From an uncultured Veillonellaceae bacterium (GTDB taxonomy: Bacteria; Bacillota; Negativicutes; JARBTT01), in assembly GCA_963805085.1 (NCBI GenBank), contig CAWDTA010000002.1, positions 1,344,001-1,408,000 of the forward strand: DNA of 64,000 bases. The letters run 5' to 3'. Position numbers and translations under genes: made by a program. Under the pieces are notes generated by a model. It was not told the DNA's origin, made no database searches, and was given only the letters and a program-made list of their open reading frames with translations. Position 1 is the first letter of the stretch, and each line of letters starts with the position of its first letter. This document shows positions 27,860 to 37,900 of this stretch, piece after piece.

Positions 27860-29704
27860 TTATTTCTTCAAGTGATAAGGAATCGTGGAAACGATAACAT
27901 TTTTCTTTAAGATGAGTAGCGTACGTAAGATCAAACCTGTTTGATTGTGTAGAAGCCTGTGCCACCATTTTTTCGTTTCAAATTCAGGAATGAGAATCGT
28001 AATATAATCATTAGGTCCTTTTTCTTGTGAAAGCTCTTCGATGAAATCAATCAAAGGCTGTACGACAAGACGATAAGGGGAATATAAAGTTACAAGTTCA
28101 ATGCCAGGATTCCAACAATTCCATTTTTCACGTACTTTATGACCGACTTCTTCATCAATCGCAACGTGTACTGCCAAGACATTATCACCAATTGATTTGG
28201 CATATTTTAAAGTTTGGGCAATAACGCTGGTTGGACTAGAAATTGGAACGACTACGATATTTTTACCAGCATGAATTTCGGTGGTCAAGGCAGGATCCAT
28301 CTGTTCGCTTGGGAGATGAAGTTGTTCCGCCATATCGTTGTAATGCTCTTTGATTTTTCTAAAGATGAAAATCATGATAGGAATGAAGATAAGTACGAGC
28401 CAAGCACCGTAGAAAAATTTGCTGATACCGATAATTAATACGACGATACCAGTTACTATCGCTCCCACTGTATTGACTGTGGCACGGAGAATCCAATAAG
28501 GACCCTTAACGCGGCGCCAGTGGACAATCATACCTGTTTGAGCAATGGTAAAAGATAAAAATACACCGATCGCATAAAGTGAGATGAGATGGTCAGTATT
28601 GCCTTGATAAAGGAAGATTAACATTCCAGCAGCAATACTTAAGAGAATAATACCATTAGAAAAACTGAGACGTTCACCACGGGCACCAAGGTAACGTGGC
28701 ATATAGCCGTCGCGGGCTAGAATAGATAGAAGGGGTGGTAATCCATTAAAGGAAGTGTTCGCTGCCAAATAGAGTACCAGCATTGTGGTGATTTGGATAT
28801 AGTAATAAAACCAGTTACGCCCAAAGGTCAATTCCGCTATTTTAGACAAAGACGTAGCATCTTCGAGTGGTAATATATGAAAATGCATAATTAAAAATGA
28901 TATTCCAATAAACATAAAGCCAAGGATACCAGACATCCAAAAAGTTGTTGTACTCGCATTTTTTACTGAAGGCTCCTTAAACATTGGCACTCCATTGGAA
29001 ATGGCCTCGATACCAGTCATAGAACTACAACCATTTGCGAAGGCCCGCAGTAATAATACACCAACAGTCCAATCAAATTGCCGTTCCAAGGATTCGGTGG
29101 GAATGATAGGAGTTTGTTGTGTGAATGCTTGATAGATTCCAGTGAAAATTAGAACCAATATGCCAAAAATAAAGGCATAAGTAGGGAATACAAAGGTAGT
29201 TGAAGATTCTCTGATGCCTCGTAAATTGACTAACATAAGGATAAAAAATAATACGAATAAGTCAATTGATACTTCATATTGCAATAAATCAGGAAATGCT
29301 GAAATGATAGCGGATGTACCTGCCGAAACACTAACAGCTACGGTTAATGTATAGTCAGCCAATAAGGAAGCTGCTGCCGTTAGGGCGGGAAGTTCACCTA
29401 AATTTTTAATGGCTACGGAATAAGAACCGCCACCACCAGGATTGGCTTTACCAACTTGAACATAGGAAATGGTTACAATCGCCAACAATAGTAAGATGGC
29501 TATGGCAACATGACTTAAATATCCATAAGCTAAAAGCCCAGGCACAGCAAGAATAATCATAATCTGTTCCGGTCCATAAGCAACCGAAGACAGTGCATCA
29601 GAAGAAAAAATAGCAAGAGCTTTAAACTTGGTTAGTTTTTCATGTGAAATTTCTTGATTGTGTAGCGGCCTGCCGATTAATAATCGCCTAAGCAAACGCA
29701 TCAT
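27860..29704 (-). CDS. kimA: APC-family K+ transporter KimA/YdaO
   Basis: 'LIGRPL..', 'SSDALSSVAYGPEQ', 'IPEFETKKWWHRLLHNQT'; c-di-AMP riboswitch upstream. Confidence 0.9.
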   Translation of the reverse strand: MMRLLRRLLIGRPLHNQEISHEKLTKFKALAIFSSDALSSVAYGPEQIMIILAVPGLLAYGYLSHVAIAILLLLAIVTISYVQVGKANPGGGGSYSVAIKNLGELPALTAAASLLADYTLTVAVSVSAGTSAIISAFPDLLQYEVSIDLFVLFFILMLVNLRGIRESSTTFVFPTYAFIFGILVLIFTGIYQAFTQQTPIIPTESLERQFDWTVGVLLLRAFANGCSSMTGIEAISNGVPMFKEPSVKNASTTTFWMSGILGFMFIGISFLIMHFHILPLEDATSLSKIAELTFGRNWFYYYIQITTMLVLYLAANTSFNGLPPLLSILARDGYMPRYLGARGERLSFSNGIILLSIAAGMLIFLYQGNTDHLISLYAIGVFLSFTIAQTGMIVHWRRVKGPYWILRATVNTVGAIVTGIVVLIIGISKFFYGAWLVLIFIPIMIFIFRKIKEHYNDMAEQLHLPSEQMDPALTTEIHAGKNIVVVPISSPTSVIAQTLKYAKSIGDNVLAVHVAIDEEVGHKVREKWNCWNPGIELVTLYSPYRLVVQPLIDFIEELSQEKGPNDYITILIPEFETKKWWHRLLHNQTGLILRTLLILKKNVIVSTIPYHLKK

Positions 29705-29810
29705 AGTGTGTATTCAACCTCCAGTTAATAGTGTCTCCATTTTTAATAACATTTATTTAAAAAAATGCATCGCATTTTGAATTGTTCTGTAAGTCATTAA
29801 AAAAGCGCAC

Positions 29811-29968
29811 AAAAAAAGACCCGTGGGCGGTCTTATGCCCCTCATTTTGGCCTACGAAGTTAGCTGACGGGTAGAATGACAAGAGAAAACATCCCTTCTA
29901 TCCAATGATAGAATTAACCCCAAAAAATTGGTTCCTCCGCTTCTTAATTTAAGAATTAAGCCGCTATT
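29811..29968 (-). ncRNA. Cyclic di-AMP (ydaO/yuaA) riboswitch with expression-platform terminator
   Basis: Minus strand GCTTAAT..GCGGAGGAACCA..TTGGGGTTAAT..AGGGAT..ACCCGTCAGCTAACTTCGTAGGC, then AAGACCgcccacgGGTCTTTTTTT. Confidence 0.92.
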
Positions 29969-30197
29969 TACATGTGAATTATATTATACACCTTTGGCCA
30001 TATAAACAAAAGACAATGAACAACGATAAATATGCAATAATAGGAGTTATAAAGCTATAATTTGTATTTATCATTGGCTTCCGTGAATTTCAACGAATTT
30101 CCTTTCATTTACTCTTATTATCTATTGATTTTTGATCGGGAAATTTAAAAAGCTGGCATGTCGCTCTGGACTGGCCAGCTTTTCAAAATATAGTTTG

Positions 30198-31583
30198 TTA
30201 TAATCTTCTTGCAGCTTCAGAAGCTAAAGGCGATCGTTCACATTCTTCTGGCAACATCGTTACTTGGAAGCATAATTTAGAGCCCATCATTTTTTCACTG
30301 GCATAGCTTAATCCGTTAGATCTGCTATCGAGTAAAGGGTGGTCAATTTGTGCAGGATCGCCAAGTAAGATTATTTTGGTGCCGATGCCGGGGCGGGTTA
30401 ATACAGCTTTTGCTTGGCGGGGCGTAGAATTTTGCATTTCATCGAAGATCGTCCAATATTTTTGGAGTGACCGACCACGTTGGTAAGCCAAGGCTTCCGT
30501 TTGGATGATACGTCTTTCAAAAAGCATATTTACGGTATCTTCTGTTTGTAAGAAGTCTTTGTCTTCTAGTGAAGAATTCCCTGACATCAGGGTAAATAGA
30601 TTGTCTTTAATCGCTCGCATATAGGGTTCTATTTTTTCCGCCTCAGTTCCAGGTAAAAAACCGATTCCCTCATCAAGCATCGCATTTGGACGACAGATCA
30701 GGATATGTTGATATTGTTTTGGTTGGCAATCCATATAATGATAGAGTCCAACGGCCAAGGAATAAAAGGTTTTAGCAGTTCCTGAAATTCCTTTTAAGAT
30801 AACCAGTGGTGCTTGTTCTGCACTCATCATGAGACATTCTTGCATGAAAATTTGACCTACATTTTTAGGCGTGACTCCGAACGGGGTGCGGCTTTGATAT
30901 TTTAAGTGGATTACCTTTTCGCCATCAAAACGGCCCAGTGCAGTATGCCTATCATTATCTGTTGATTTGATCAACAAAAATTGGTTAGTGACGAAAGTAG
31001 CGGGTATTAATATATCTGTTAAATCATCGAAAATATATAATTTATTTGGGTCGATAAATTGCTTATCATCGGAATGGAAAGCATTTATTACTTCACTGGA
31101 GGTATAAGCAATGATGCGACCGGTATATTGCTCTTCGATGCTAGCGACTTTATCATTGCGAAAATCTTCAGCTTGAATTTTTAAGATAGATGCTTTGACG
31201 CGCATATTGGTATCGCGGCTCACTAAAATAGTTTGCTCTCCACTTTCGACAAACCCTTTGCAAACTTGGAGAATCCGATTATCAGATTTCTCTTTGTCCC
31301 AATATATAGGCATGGAAGTGGCGGTATGATTTGCTTCTAAAATGAGAGTTCCGCCGTTGTTATTTAAAGAAACTCCCTCTAGCAGATTACCTTGAATGCG
31401 CATAGTATCAATAATACGACTAACATGGCGACTGTTGGCACCGCGTTCTGTTGATTCTTTTTTAAATCGGTCCAACTCTTCAATAACAACTTCGGGAATT
31501 ACCACTGTGTGTTCGTTGAAAGCATATAAAGCATTGGGTGAGTGCAGCAAAACATTAGTGTCTAAGACATAATATTTTTTCAA
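30198..31583 (-). CDS. PIN-PhoH (PhoH2/YlaK-like) ATPase/RNase
   Basis: 'YVLDTNVLL' PIN domain, GISGTAKT, 'RGRS', 'DEMQN', 'GDPAQID'. Confidence 0.9.
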   Translation of the reverse strand: MKKYYVLDTNVLLHSPNALYAFNEHTVVIPEVVIEELDRFKKESTERGANSRHVSRIIDTMRIQGNLLEGVSLNNNGGTLILEANHTATSMPIYWDKEKSDNRILQVCKGFVESGEQTILVSRDTNMRVKASILKIQAEDFRNDKVASIEEQYTGRIIAYTSSEVINAFHSDDKQFIDPNKLYIFDDLTDILIPATFVTNQFLLIKSTDNDRHTALGRFDGEKVIHLKYQSRTPFGVTPKNVGQIFMQECLMMSAEQAPLVILKGISGTAKTFYSLAVGLYHYMDCQPKQYQHILICRPNAMLDEGIGFLPGTEAEKIEPYMRAIKDNLFTLMSGNSSLEDKDFLQTEDTVNMLFERRIIQTEALAYQRGRSLQKYWTIFDEMQNSTPRQAKAVLTRPGIGTKIILLGDPAQIDHPLLDSRSNGLSYASEKMMGSKLCFQVTMLPEECERSPLASEAARRL

Positions 31584-31922
31584 CGGTAGCCCCCCTTAAT
31601 ATCTTCTCTCTTTTAGTATAGGCTATCTGAATGATTGCTGAGTTAGGAATTTATTAATATTATGTTAATATTTTGCCCGATAAAATAATAAGAATCCGTC
31701 TAAGCAAGCCTCCTTAGATTAATCAAAGTAGTAAACTATATTGCTGATAGCTATGGAGCTATATAGTATATGCCATTTTTATAAGAGTCAATTACAGTAA
31801 TCATAAAATATGGTTTAAATATTATATGATTGAAAAAGTAAAAGGAATCTTATTTTCCGATAGATTTAGTTAAAGGAGGCTGCCGTTATTTTTATGTTTG
31901 ACAAAATTCAATATGTATTCTA

Positions 31923-31946
31923 TAGTTAGTTGTATAAAACTAACTA
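31923..31946. promoter_or_regulatory. Probable MarR operator (copy 1)
   Basis: TAGTTAGTT-N6-AACTAACTA just downstream of a TTGACA promoter; second copy at 32432-32454. Confidence 0.7.
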
Positions 31947-31961
31947 ATAAAGAGGAATGTC

Positions 31962-32411
31962 ATGATGGCGACTGAAGATGTAATCGTCAAAGCGATTAAT
32001 ATTTTATCGGAATCAATGCGTGAATGTATGCGAAAGCATAAAGAAAAAACGCCTGATAGCAAAGAGCTATTTAATTTATCCATCACGCAATTGCATTATC
32101 TCCATGCAATAAGAGAAAGGTCTAATCCGACAATCACCGAGCTTGCCGAACTATTCGGAGTGCAAAAATCTACAGTAACGGTGGCGATCAATAAGCTTTT
32201 AGAGCGTGAGTTTATTGAAAAAACTTCATCGAAAAATGATTTGAGAGTGGTACATATCACCCTGTCAGAAAGGGGAAAACGATTAATTCAAATTGAAGAT
32301 ATGGGCTATTATAAGTTTGCCAGTCAAGTTATGGAGGCTTTAGATGAACAAGAAAGAGAGACCTTTGCGTTTCTATTAACAAAAGTGACAAACAATACTA
32401 CCCGCGATTAA
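31962..32411 (+). CDS. MarR family regulator
   Basis: 'LSITQLHYL...TITELAE..GVQKSTVTVAINKL..DLRVVHITLSERG'. Confidence 0.92.
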   Translation: MMATEDVIVKAINILSESMRECMRKHKEKTPDSKELFNLSITQLHYLHAIRERSNPTITELAELFGVQKSTVTVAINKLLEREFIEKTSSKNDLRVVHITLSERGKRLIQIEDMGYYKFASQVMEALDEQERETFAFLLTKVTNNTTRD

Positions 32412-32431
32412 GCGGGTTTTAAATAGACGAA

Positions 32432-32454
32432 TAGTTAGTTTGATAAAACTAACT
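32432..32454. promoter_or_regulatory. Probable MarR operator (copy 2)
   Basis: TAGTTAGTT-N6-AACTAACT upstream of the exported protein/nitroreductase pair. Confidence 0.7.
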
Positions 32455-32485
32455 TAAATAAAGGATATAGCATAGGAGGTTTACG

Positions 32486-33067
32486 ATGAAAAAAATACAA
32501 TGGAGTTTTAGTGTAATCGTAGCAATTTTGCTCTGCTTTGAGGCAACAGTACTCTGCTTCGCCAACGAGAATAAAGGGGTCGCTGATCAAAGAATTCTTT
32601 TGGTTATTGTTGATCAATCAAAAGAAACATATGGCACTGAAATGAAAAATCAAGTTTATAACCAATTAAAAAGTCAGGTAAAAGGTTTTATTAATGAAGG
32701 AAATGCTCTCAATGATAGTAACAGAGATAACGATGCAATAGCAAAATCAGAGCAGCCTGAGTTATTGCAATTGGCAAACGACAAGGGTGCTAAGCAAGTA
32801 TTACTTGTAGAGATATTGCCAACGAAATCTGATTTTAGTGATATTATCTTCTATAAGGCAATTAAGTCGGAGGCTACGCTAAGGGTTCGTTTATATGATG
32901 CTACGACGAAGCAATATAGGTTGAATGAAACGGTGTCAGGGATAGATACAAATAAAACCTACATTCCCTATACCGGTGTAGGGAAAAAAGTCACTGTATT
33001 AGAGGCGGTTCATAAAGCGACTGATATCGTAGCTCAAAAAGTCTGCTCAGTGGGGGAAGTGCAATAA
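32486..33067 (+). CDS. Exported hypothetical protein
   Basis: Signal-peptide-like N-terminus; AGGAGG SD. Confidence 0.75.
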   Translation: MKKIQWSFSVIVAILLCFEATVLCFANENKGVADQRILLVIVDQSKETYGTEMKNQVYNQLKSQVKGFINEGNALNDSNRDNDAIAKSEQPELLQLANDKGAKQVLLVEILPTKSDFSDIIFYKAIKSEATLRVRLYDATTKQYRLNETVSGIDTNKTYIPYTGVGKKVTVLEAVHKATDIVAQKVCSVGEVQ

Positions 33068-33093
33068 ACTAAGTTTTGCTATGGAGGCTGACT

Positions 33094-34203
33094 ATGAATA
33101 GACGGCAATTCATTCAGTGCGGTATAGTCACAATTGTCGCAGCAGGAGGATTCCCTATGTTTAGTTCCTTATCACAGTTGGAGACAGTAGCTAGAGAGAA
33201 TTTGCATGATAATGTGGCAGGATTAGAAGCAGATTACATTGATATTTTATATTTAGCATCATTGGCACCTAGCGGGCATAATGCACAACCGTGGACGGTA
33301 AAGCTTATGAATGACCATCATTGGATTATCGGTACAGATTCTAATCGGTGGTTACCTGTTATTGATCCAGAAAATAGGGAAGCACTTATTTCAATTGGTG
33401 CCTTTTTGGAAAATTTGGTGGTTGCGGCGAATTCAAAAGGCTATCATGTAGAATATCATATCATAGCTAAAAATCTCAAAGACAAAGACATAGTAGAGAT
33501 AAATTTATATAAAGTAGGTTTGCCGGACACTTCTGACGTCAAAAATATTGAATTGCGTAGAACCGTGAGAAATAAATTACTTACAGATGATTTATCTAGA
33601 GAAGATATTGAGTTTATGATAGGAGAAAATAAAGATGGCTTTCATTATTTTCCACGTAATACAAAAGAAGAGCAGTATTTAAGTGAAGGGACTATTCTAG
33701 CTAATAAATTACAGACCTACCAAGATTCAGCGCAAGACGAACTGGCTAAATGGGTTCGTTGGTCAAATAAGGATATTAGACAATTTGGCAATGGATTAAC
33801 AACTGAAACGATGGAAATAGAAGGGTTTGCCAGATGGTATGTTAAAAATTTTTATTCCAAGCAATCTGTGTTAGCGAATAGTTTTCGTGAAGCGACGATC
33901 AAGAAAATAACGGAGCAAGTGACAAATGGCAGTGGCTGGTTACTTCTTACGAGTATGGATTCCTCGGCGCTTGAGCTTATCGATCTAGGACGAAAACTTC
34001 AGCAAATGTGGCTTGGTATAAGAGAGAGACAAATCGCAATTCATCCGATGAATCAACTGATTGAAGATGTAGCAATGCGTGGTAAGACTTCTTCAGCCTT
34101 GGGGATTGCAGGCGATAGCCAACTTCTTCTTAGAGTTGGCTATATCAATAACTATCCTAAACCGGTCAGCCCAAGGATGTCTTTGCAAACTATCATCGTA
34201 TAA
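33094..34203 (+). CDS. Acg-like nitroreductase/FMN-binding protein with Tat-like signal
   Basis: 'MNRRQFI' twin-arginine motif, 'ASLAPSGHNAQPW', 'LLRVGY'. Confidence 0.82.
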   Translation: MNRRQFIQCGIVTIVAAGGFPMFSSLSQLETVARENLHDNVAGLEADYIDILYLASLAPSGHNAQPWTVKLMNDHHWIIGTDSNRWLPVIDPENREALISIGAFLENLVVAANSKGYHVEYHIIAKNLKDKDIVEINLYKVGLPDTSDVKNIELRRTVRNKLLTDDLSREDIEFMIGENKDGFHYFPRNTKEEQYLSEGTILANKLQTYQDSAQDELAKWVRWSNKDIRQFGNGLTTETMEIEGFARWYVKNFYSKQSVLANSFREATIKKITEQVTNGSGWLLLTSMDSSALELIDLGRKLQQMWLGIRERQIAIHPMNQLIEDVAMRGKTSSALGIAGDSQLLLRVGYINNYPKPVSPRMSLQTIIV

Positions 34204-34287
34204 AAAATTTGCTCATCACTTAGAATTTGATGTGGATATTTTTGTTATACGTATTCAGCAATAGCATTGGTTCTGCCAATAACAATA

Positions 34288-34329
34288 AATTGCCGTTACA
34301 CTTGAAGTTAACAAGTTGTAACGGCAATT
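34288..34329. terminator. Bidirectional terminator
   Basis: AATTGCCGTTACA...TGTAACGGCAATT between convergent genes. Confidence 0.65.
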
Positions 34330-34396
34330 ATATCTGTGATTAAATAGAATACAAATGGATTATTAAATTACTTGTTTGTTCACGTGGAAGTAGCAA

Positions 34397-35557
34397 TTAG
34401 CGACGTGATGGATATCTATCACATCGGCTAATGTTTTGCAGGATGTTGTTAGCAACGTTTGGATTTGCATTGCTGAATTTAGGAAAGGCTAAGCTGGAAA
34501 GTACTAATATCTCAGTGGTGGTAGTGGCAAAAATATCTTCCGTATGCTTAGGATGATTGACCAAGCCATTCACACCGATGGCATGGGCTGGGGGAATATG
34601 AGTGGTGACTGAGTTTGATATGTTTGCCGATCTTAGTTGCCCGGAGATTAATATATTTAGCGCATAGTTTGTATCGCCCTGGCAGGTAATCTGATCGCCT
34701 GCATCACAATGGACAACAACACCGCAGGAATGTAGAAACTTTATCGCATCTATATCCGATAAGTCTTGTAATAGCGGCAGAGCTTGATTTGGATAAGTAC
34801 CAAGCCGAGTATATAAAAACTCCCATAGTTCCTCTTGGCTAACTAGCTGGCTGTTTAGTATTTTTGAGTTTTCTTCAAACTCTTTATAAAACCATTGGAT
34901 TGCTTGGCTGTCTAACGATGCTCTTTTTCGCGCCGCACGATAAAAGGGAGAACGTACAGCTCGTAAATGGGCAATGTCATCTACCAATAAAACATAGGGA
35001 GCTAGTAATCCGTAACCATCATCAATAAAATTTCGCCCAAAACGGCGGAACCCAAATTGTTCATAGAGTCGTAATAAATGAAAATTACATACACCAAAAC
35101 TAAATTGTATTTGGTGCTGGCAATAAAATTGATAGCTCTCAATTGCAAGCAAATAGGATACAGTGGAATTTCGATAAGCTGCTGCTACCATAAATTTTGA
35201 GGTATAGGCGAATTGTTGATTGTTTTTCGTAAACTCTGAAAATTTTTTTAGAGAAAGTACTTGTATCCAAAACGAAGGGAAATCGTTAATTTGGCCAATA
35301 TTTACTCTTAGGGTGCCAATGATTTCTGAGCCAGCTTTAGCGTACACAATCAAGGCCCAGTCATCAAGATCATCATATAATAATTTATTCTTGTGATCCA
35401 TATTAGGAAAACGTTTAGCCATTTCCTCAGCATAGATACGATAACGAAAACGGTAAATTTCGATTTTTTCCTCAGCGGTTGTGGCGAGCCCGATTGTTAC
35501 TGCTTTTTCTTCTTCATTTAGGCAAGGAATTGTGTTCAGGTCATTCGGTTTCATCAT
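34397..35557 (-). CDS. GNAT N-acyl-amino-acid-synthase-like protein with cNMP-like domain (acyltransferase B)
   Basis: Paralog of 18404-19573: 'EKIEIYRFRYRIYAEEM', 'SKFMVAAAYR', 'LLRLYEQFGF', 'LRAVRSPF', 'NSQLV', 'AGDQITCQGD'. Confidence 0.78.
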   Translation of the reverse strand: MMKPNDLNTIPCLNEEEKAVTIGLATTAEEKIEIYRFRYRIYAEEMAKRFPNMDHKNKLLYDDLDDWALIVYAKAGSEIIGTLRVNIGQINDFPSFWIQVLSLKKFSEFTKNNQQFAYTSKFMVAAAYRNSTVSYLLAIESYQFYCQHQIQFSFGVCNFHLLRLYEQFGFRRFGRNFIDDGYGLLAPYVLLVDDIAHLRAVRSPFYRAARKRASLDSQAIQWFYKEFEENSKILNSQLVSQEELWEFLYTRLGTYPNQALPLLQDLSDIDAIKFLHSCGVVVHCDAGDQITCQGDTNYALNILISGQLRSANISNSVTTHIPPAHAIGVNGLVNHPKHTEDIFATTTTEILVLSSLAFPKFSNANPNVANNILQNISRCDRYPSRR

Positions 35558-35613
35558 TTTATTTCTCCTTTAATAATTCGTTATCTTTGCGTAAGGTTTT
35601 TAAAAAAATCACA

Positions 35614-35625
35614 TTACGTTTTCAT
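35614..35625 (-). CDS. Putative tripeptide minigene Met-Lys-Thr
   Basis: ATG AAA ACG TAA, 4 nt after a perfect AAGGAGGTGAT SD. Confidence 0.5.
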   Translation of the reverse strand: MKT

Positions 35626-35677
35626 AACGATCACCTCCTTGGCTAAGGGATACGGAGAAATATGAAGTTTTCCTTGC
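35626..35677 (-). promoter_or_regulatory. Conserved leader of acyltransferase B: sigmaH-like promoter plus perfect SD
   Basis: Minus strand GCAAGGA-N15-CCGTATCCCTTAGCCAAGGAGGTGATCGTT. Confidence 0.65.
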
Positions 35678-35724
35678 TAAATGTAGAAAATTTGAATGGA
35701 TTCTACAATTAATATAATTAAATA

Positions 35725-35771
35725 AAAGAAGCTCTTTTCAAAAGTAATTTACAATTGAAAAGAGCTTCTTT
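35725..35771 (-). terminator. Terminator after kinase C
   Basis: AAAGAAGCTCTTTTCAA...TTGAAAAGAGCTTCTTT. Confidence 0.7.
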
Positions 35772-37450
35772 TATTCTACTGTATTAGGTAAATTGAAATA
35801 AACAGCAATCATAGTGCCTTGAGGGCTACTTTTAATATCAATAAAAGCATTGTGTCTATGGGCAATTTGATAACAGATCGGCAGGCCTAAACCTGTGCCA
35901 GTATTTTTCGTGGTGATAAATGGTGTGCCTAATTTCTCCAGTACATGTGCTGGTATTCCAGAACCTTGATCACTGATAGATAGAGTAACAATATTGTTAT
36001 CTAGGGAAGTTTTTATAGCCAGAATGCCACCGTTTGGCATTGCCTCAATACTGTTACGTACTAAGTTAAGTAGCAGTTGACGAATTTCATTCTCATCTAA
36101 TAGTAGTTCAGGTATATTACTAAGCTCAAGTGTGACAGAGATTTTTGAAGCAGTTGCATCCGCCTCAATTAAAGGAAATAATAATTCAATAAATTGGTTT
36201 AAAGAACTTTTTTTTAGATCAGTTAGCTTCTCTCGTGATAAAGCAAGGTATTCGCGGATAATATCATTGGCCCTATCAATTTCTTCGATCATTAAGTTAA
36301 AGATTTCTTTATCAGCCTGATATGCCTCTTTCTTCCCGATAAATTGTAGATAGCCACGAATCGTCGTCATTGGATTTCTAATTTCATGAGCGACTGTAAC
36401 AGCCATACTCCCCACCATATTCATTCGATCAGCACATGCGGCGACTTTTTCTAATGCCTTGCGGGCGGTGATATCGCGAATAATACCTTCTAGTGCGATG
36501 AGGTGCCCTACTTTATCATAAATAGGGACACATTTTTGTTCAATCCATAAAATCGTTTTATCTTTTCGGACTAAACGTAAAACTAGTGGTAAGTCGTTAA
36601 TTTGACAGTTGTTGTGAATAAAATGATTGAATAAATGGTGATCGTCGGGATGGATCAATTTTAATACCAATTTTTCGTTCGTGTAATATTCCTCTGATGT
36701 ATAACCAGTAATGGAAAGCACTGAAGGGCTGATGTATTCAATTTTAGCTTTCGGTAGCATACTATAATGAAAAATGATGTCAATTGCGTTTTCTAAAAGT
36801 AATCGATAATGTGTTTCTCTATCTATCAGATTTGCTCTGCTTCTTTCCAAGAAAACCATTACCGTACTAATGGTAATAATTAATCTCAGCATACTACCAG
36901 TGAGTGAGATCAATAGGGGATACATTTCAATAAAAAATGGCAGTATCATAGTAAGAATACTCCAGAGGAGAAAAGCAATGCCCGTAATGATTTTACCCAC
37001 GCCCACCGCTTCTGTATAACGGAAGAAAACCGTAGAAATCCAGGCTAATACGATAAAGCTAAACCAAGCTGGGGGTATTATTTTATAGGAAAATGGTATC
37101 GGAGTCCAAAAAAGTAAGATACTTAAGAGAGAAGCGCTAACAGCGCCGTATAACCACCACTTATTAAACTTCTTATCAATAAAAATATAGGTGCCCCAGA
37201 CAAAGGTTAAACTGCAAGCAATAAAAAATAATTGATAGAAGGTGAAGGGCAGTAGCGATTGCTTCCATTGGAAGAAGTTATTGAATATGCCTGAGTCAAA
37301 GAATATATTTCTAAGAAATAGGATGCTCCAAGCGATTGCCCAAATGCCAATATAGCGTTCATGATACAAAGAATACAAATAAATATAAACAAGTATCATC
37401 GAAATTGTGCCAGTTATTGTACCAATGATTGATAAGTAAATATAATCCAT
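35771..37450 (-). CDS. Orphan multi-TM + PAS histidine kinase (kinase C)
   Basis: Start moved to ATG 37450 (AGGAG SD; MDYIYL matches the kinase B start). PAS, AHEIRNPMT, GTGLGL. Confidence 0.9.
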   Translation of the reverse strand: MDYIYLSIIGTITGTISMILVYIYLYSLYHERYIGIWAIAWSILFLRNIFFDSGIFNNFFQWKQSLLPFTFYQLFFIACSLTFVWGTYIFIDKKFNKWWLYGAVSASLLSILLFWTPIPFSYKIIPPAWFSFIVLAWISTVFFRYTEAVGVGKIITGIAFLLWSILTMILPFFIEMYPLLISLTGSMLRLIITISTVMVFLERSRANLIDRETHYRLLLENAIDIIFHYSMLPKAKIEYISPSVLSITGYTSEEYYTNEKLVLKLIHPDDHHLFNHFIHNNCQINDLPLVLRLVRKDKTILWIEQKCVPIYDKVGHLIALEGIIRDITARKALEKVAACADRMNMVGSMAVTVAHEIRNPMTTIRGYLQFIGKKEAYQADKEIFNLMIEEIDRANDIIREYLALSREKLTDLKKSSLNQFIELLFPLIEADATASKISVTLELSNIPELLLDENEIRQLLLNLVRNSIEAMPNGGILAIKTSLDNNIVTLSISDQGSGIPAHVLEKLGTPFITTKNTGTGLGLPICYQIAHRHNAFIDIKSSPQGTMIAVYFNLPNTVE

Positions 37451-37900
37451 AATTACTCCTAATAAGACAATTATTAACATGTAGATTATACCATACAATT
37501 TTAGAATACTTCTATTTTAAGATAATTTTGATAATATAAACTTATAGTTATTCTAAAAATAAAATAATTTCAGCCAAATGAACAGCATAAGAGTTGTCTT
37601 ACGAAGAGTGGATTATAAGAGGAAGATAGAAGAGCTGGTATAGTAAATTTGGCAATCTTGATAGGCAATATTAGCTACTTTTCAATGATTAAATTTTTCC
37701 TAGTATACTATTTATTTTCTATAAATAAAAAGTCTTTGCTTTTTTCTTATTTATATAGTACAATAGGATAACTAGAGATAAGGTCCAACGAAAAATTCCT
37801 TTGTCCTTCTCAAACTGTATTTATGTAGGGGAAGTCCTAATGAGCATTCGATTGAATCAAAAAATTTCTCAGTAATACATTTGAGGAGGCTATATATAAT

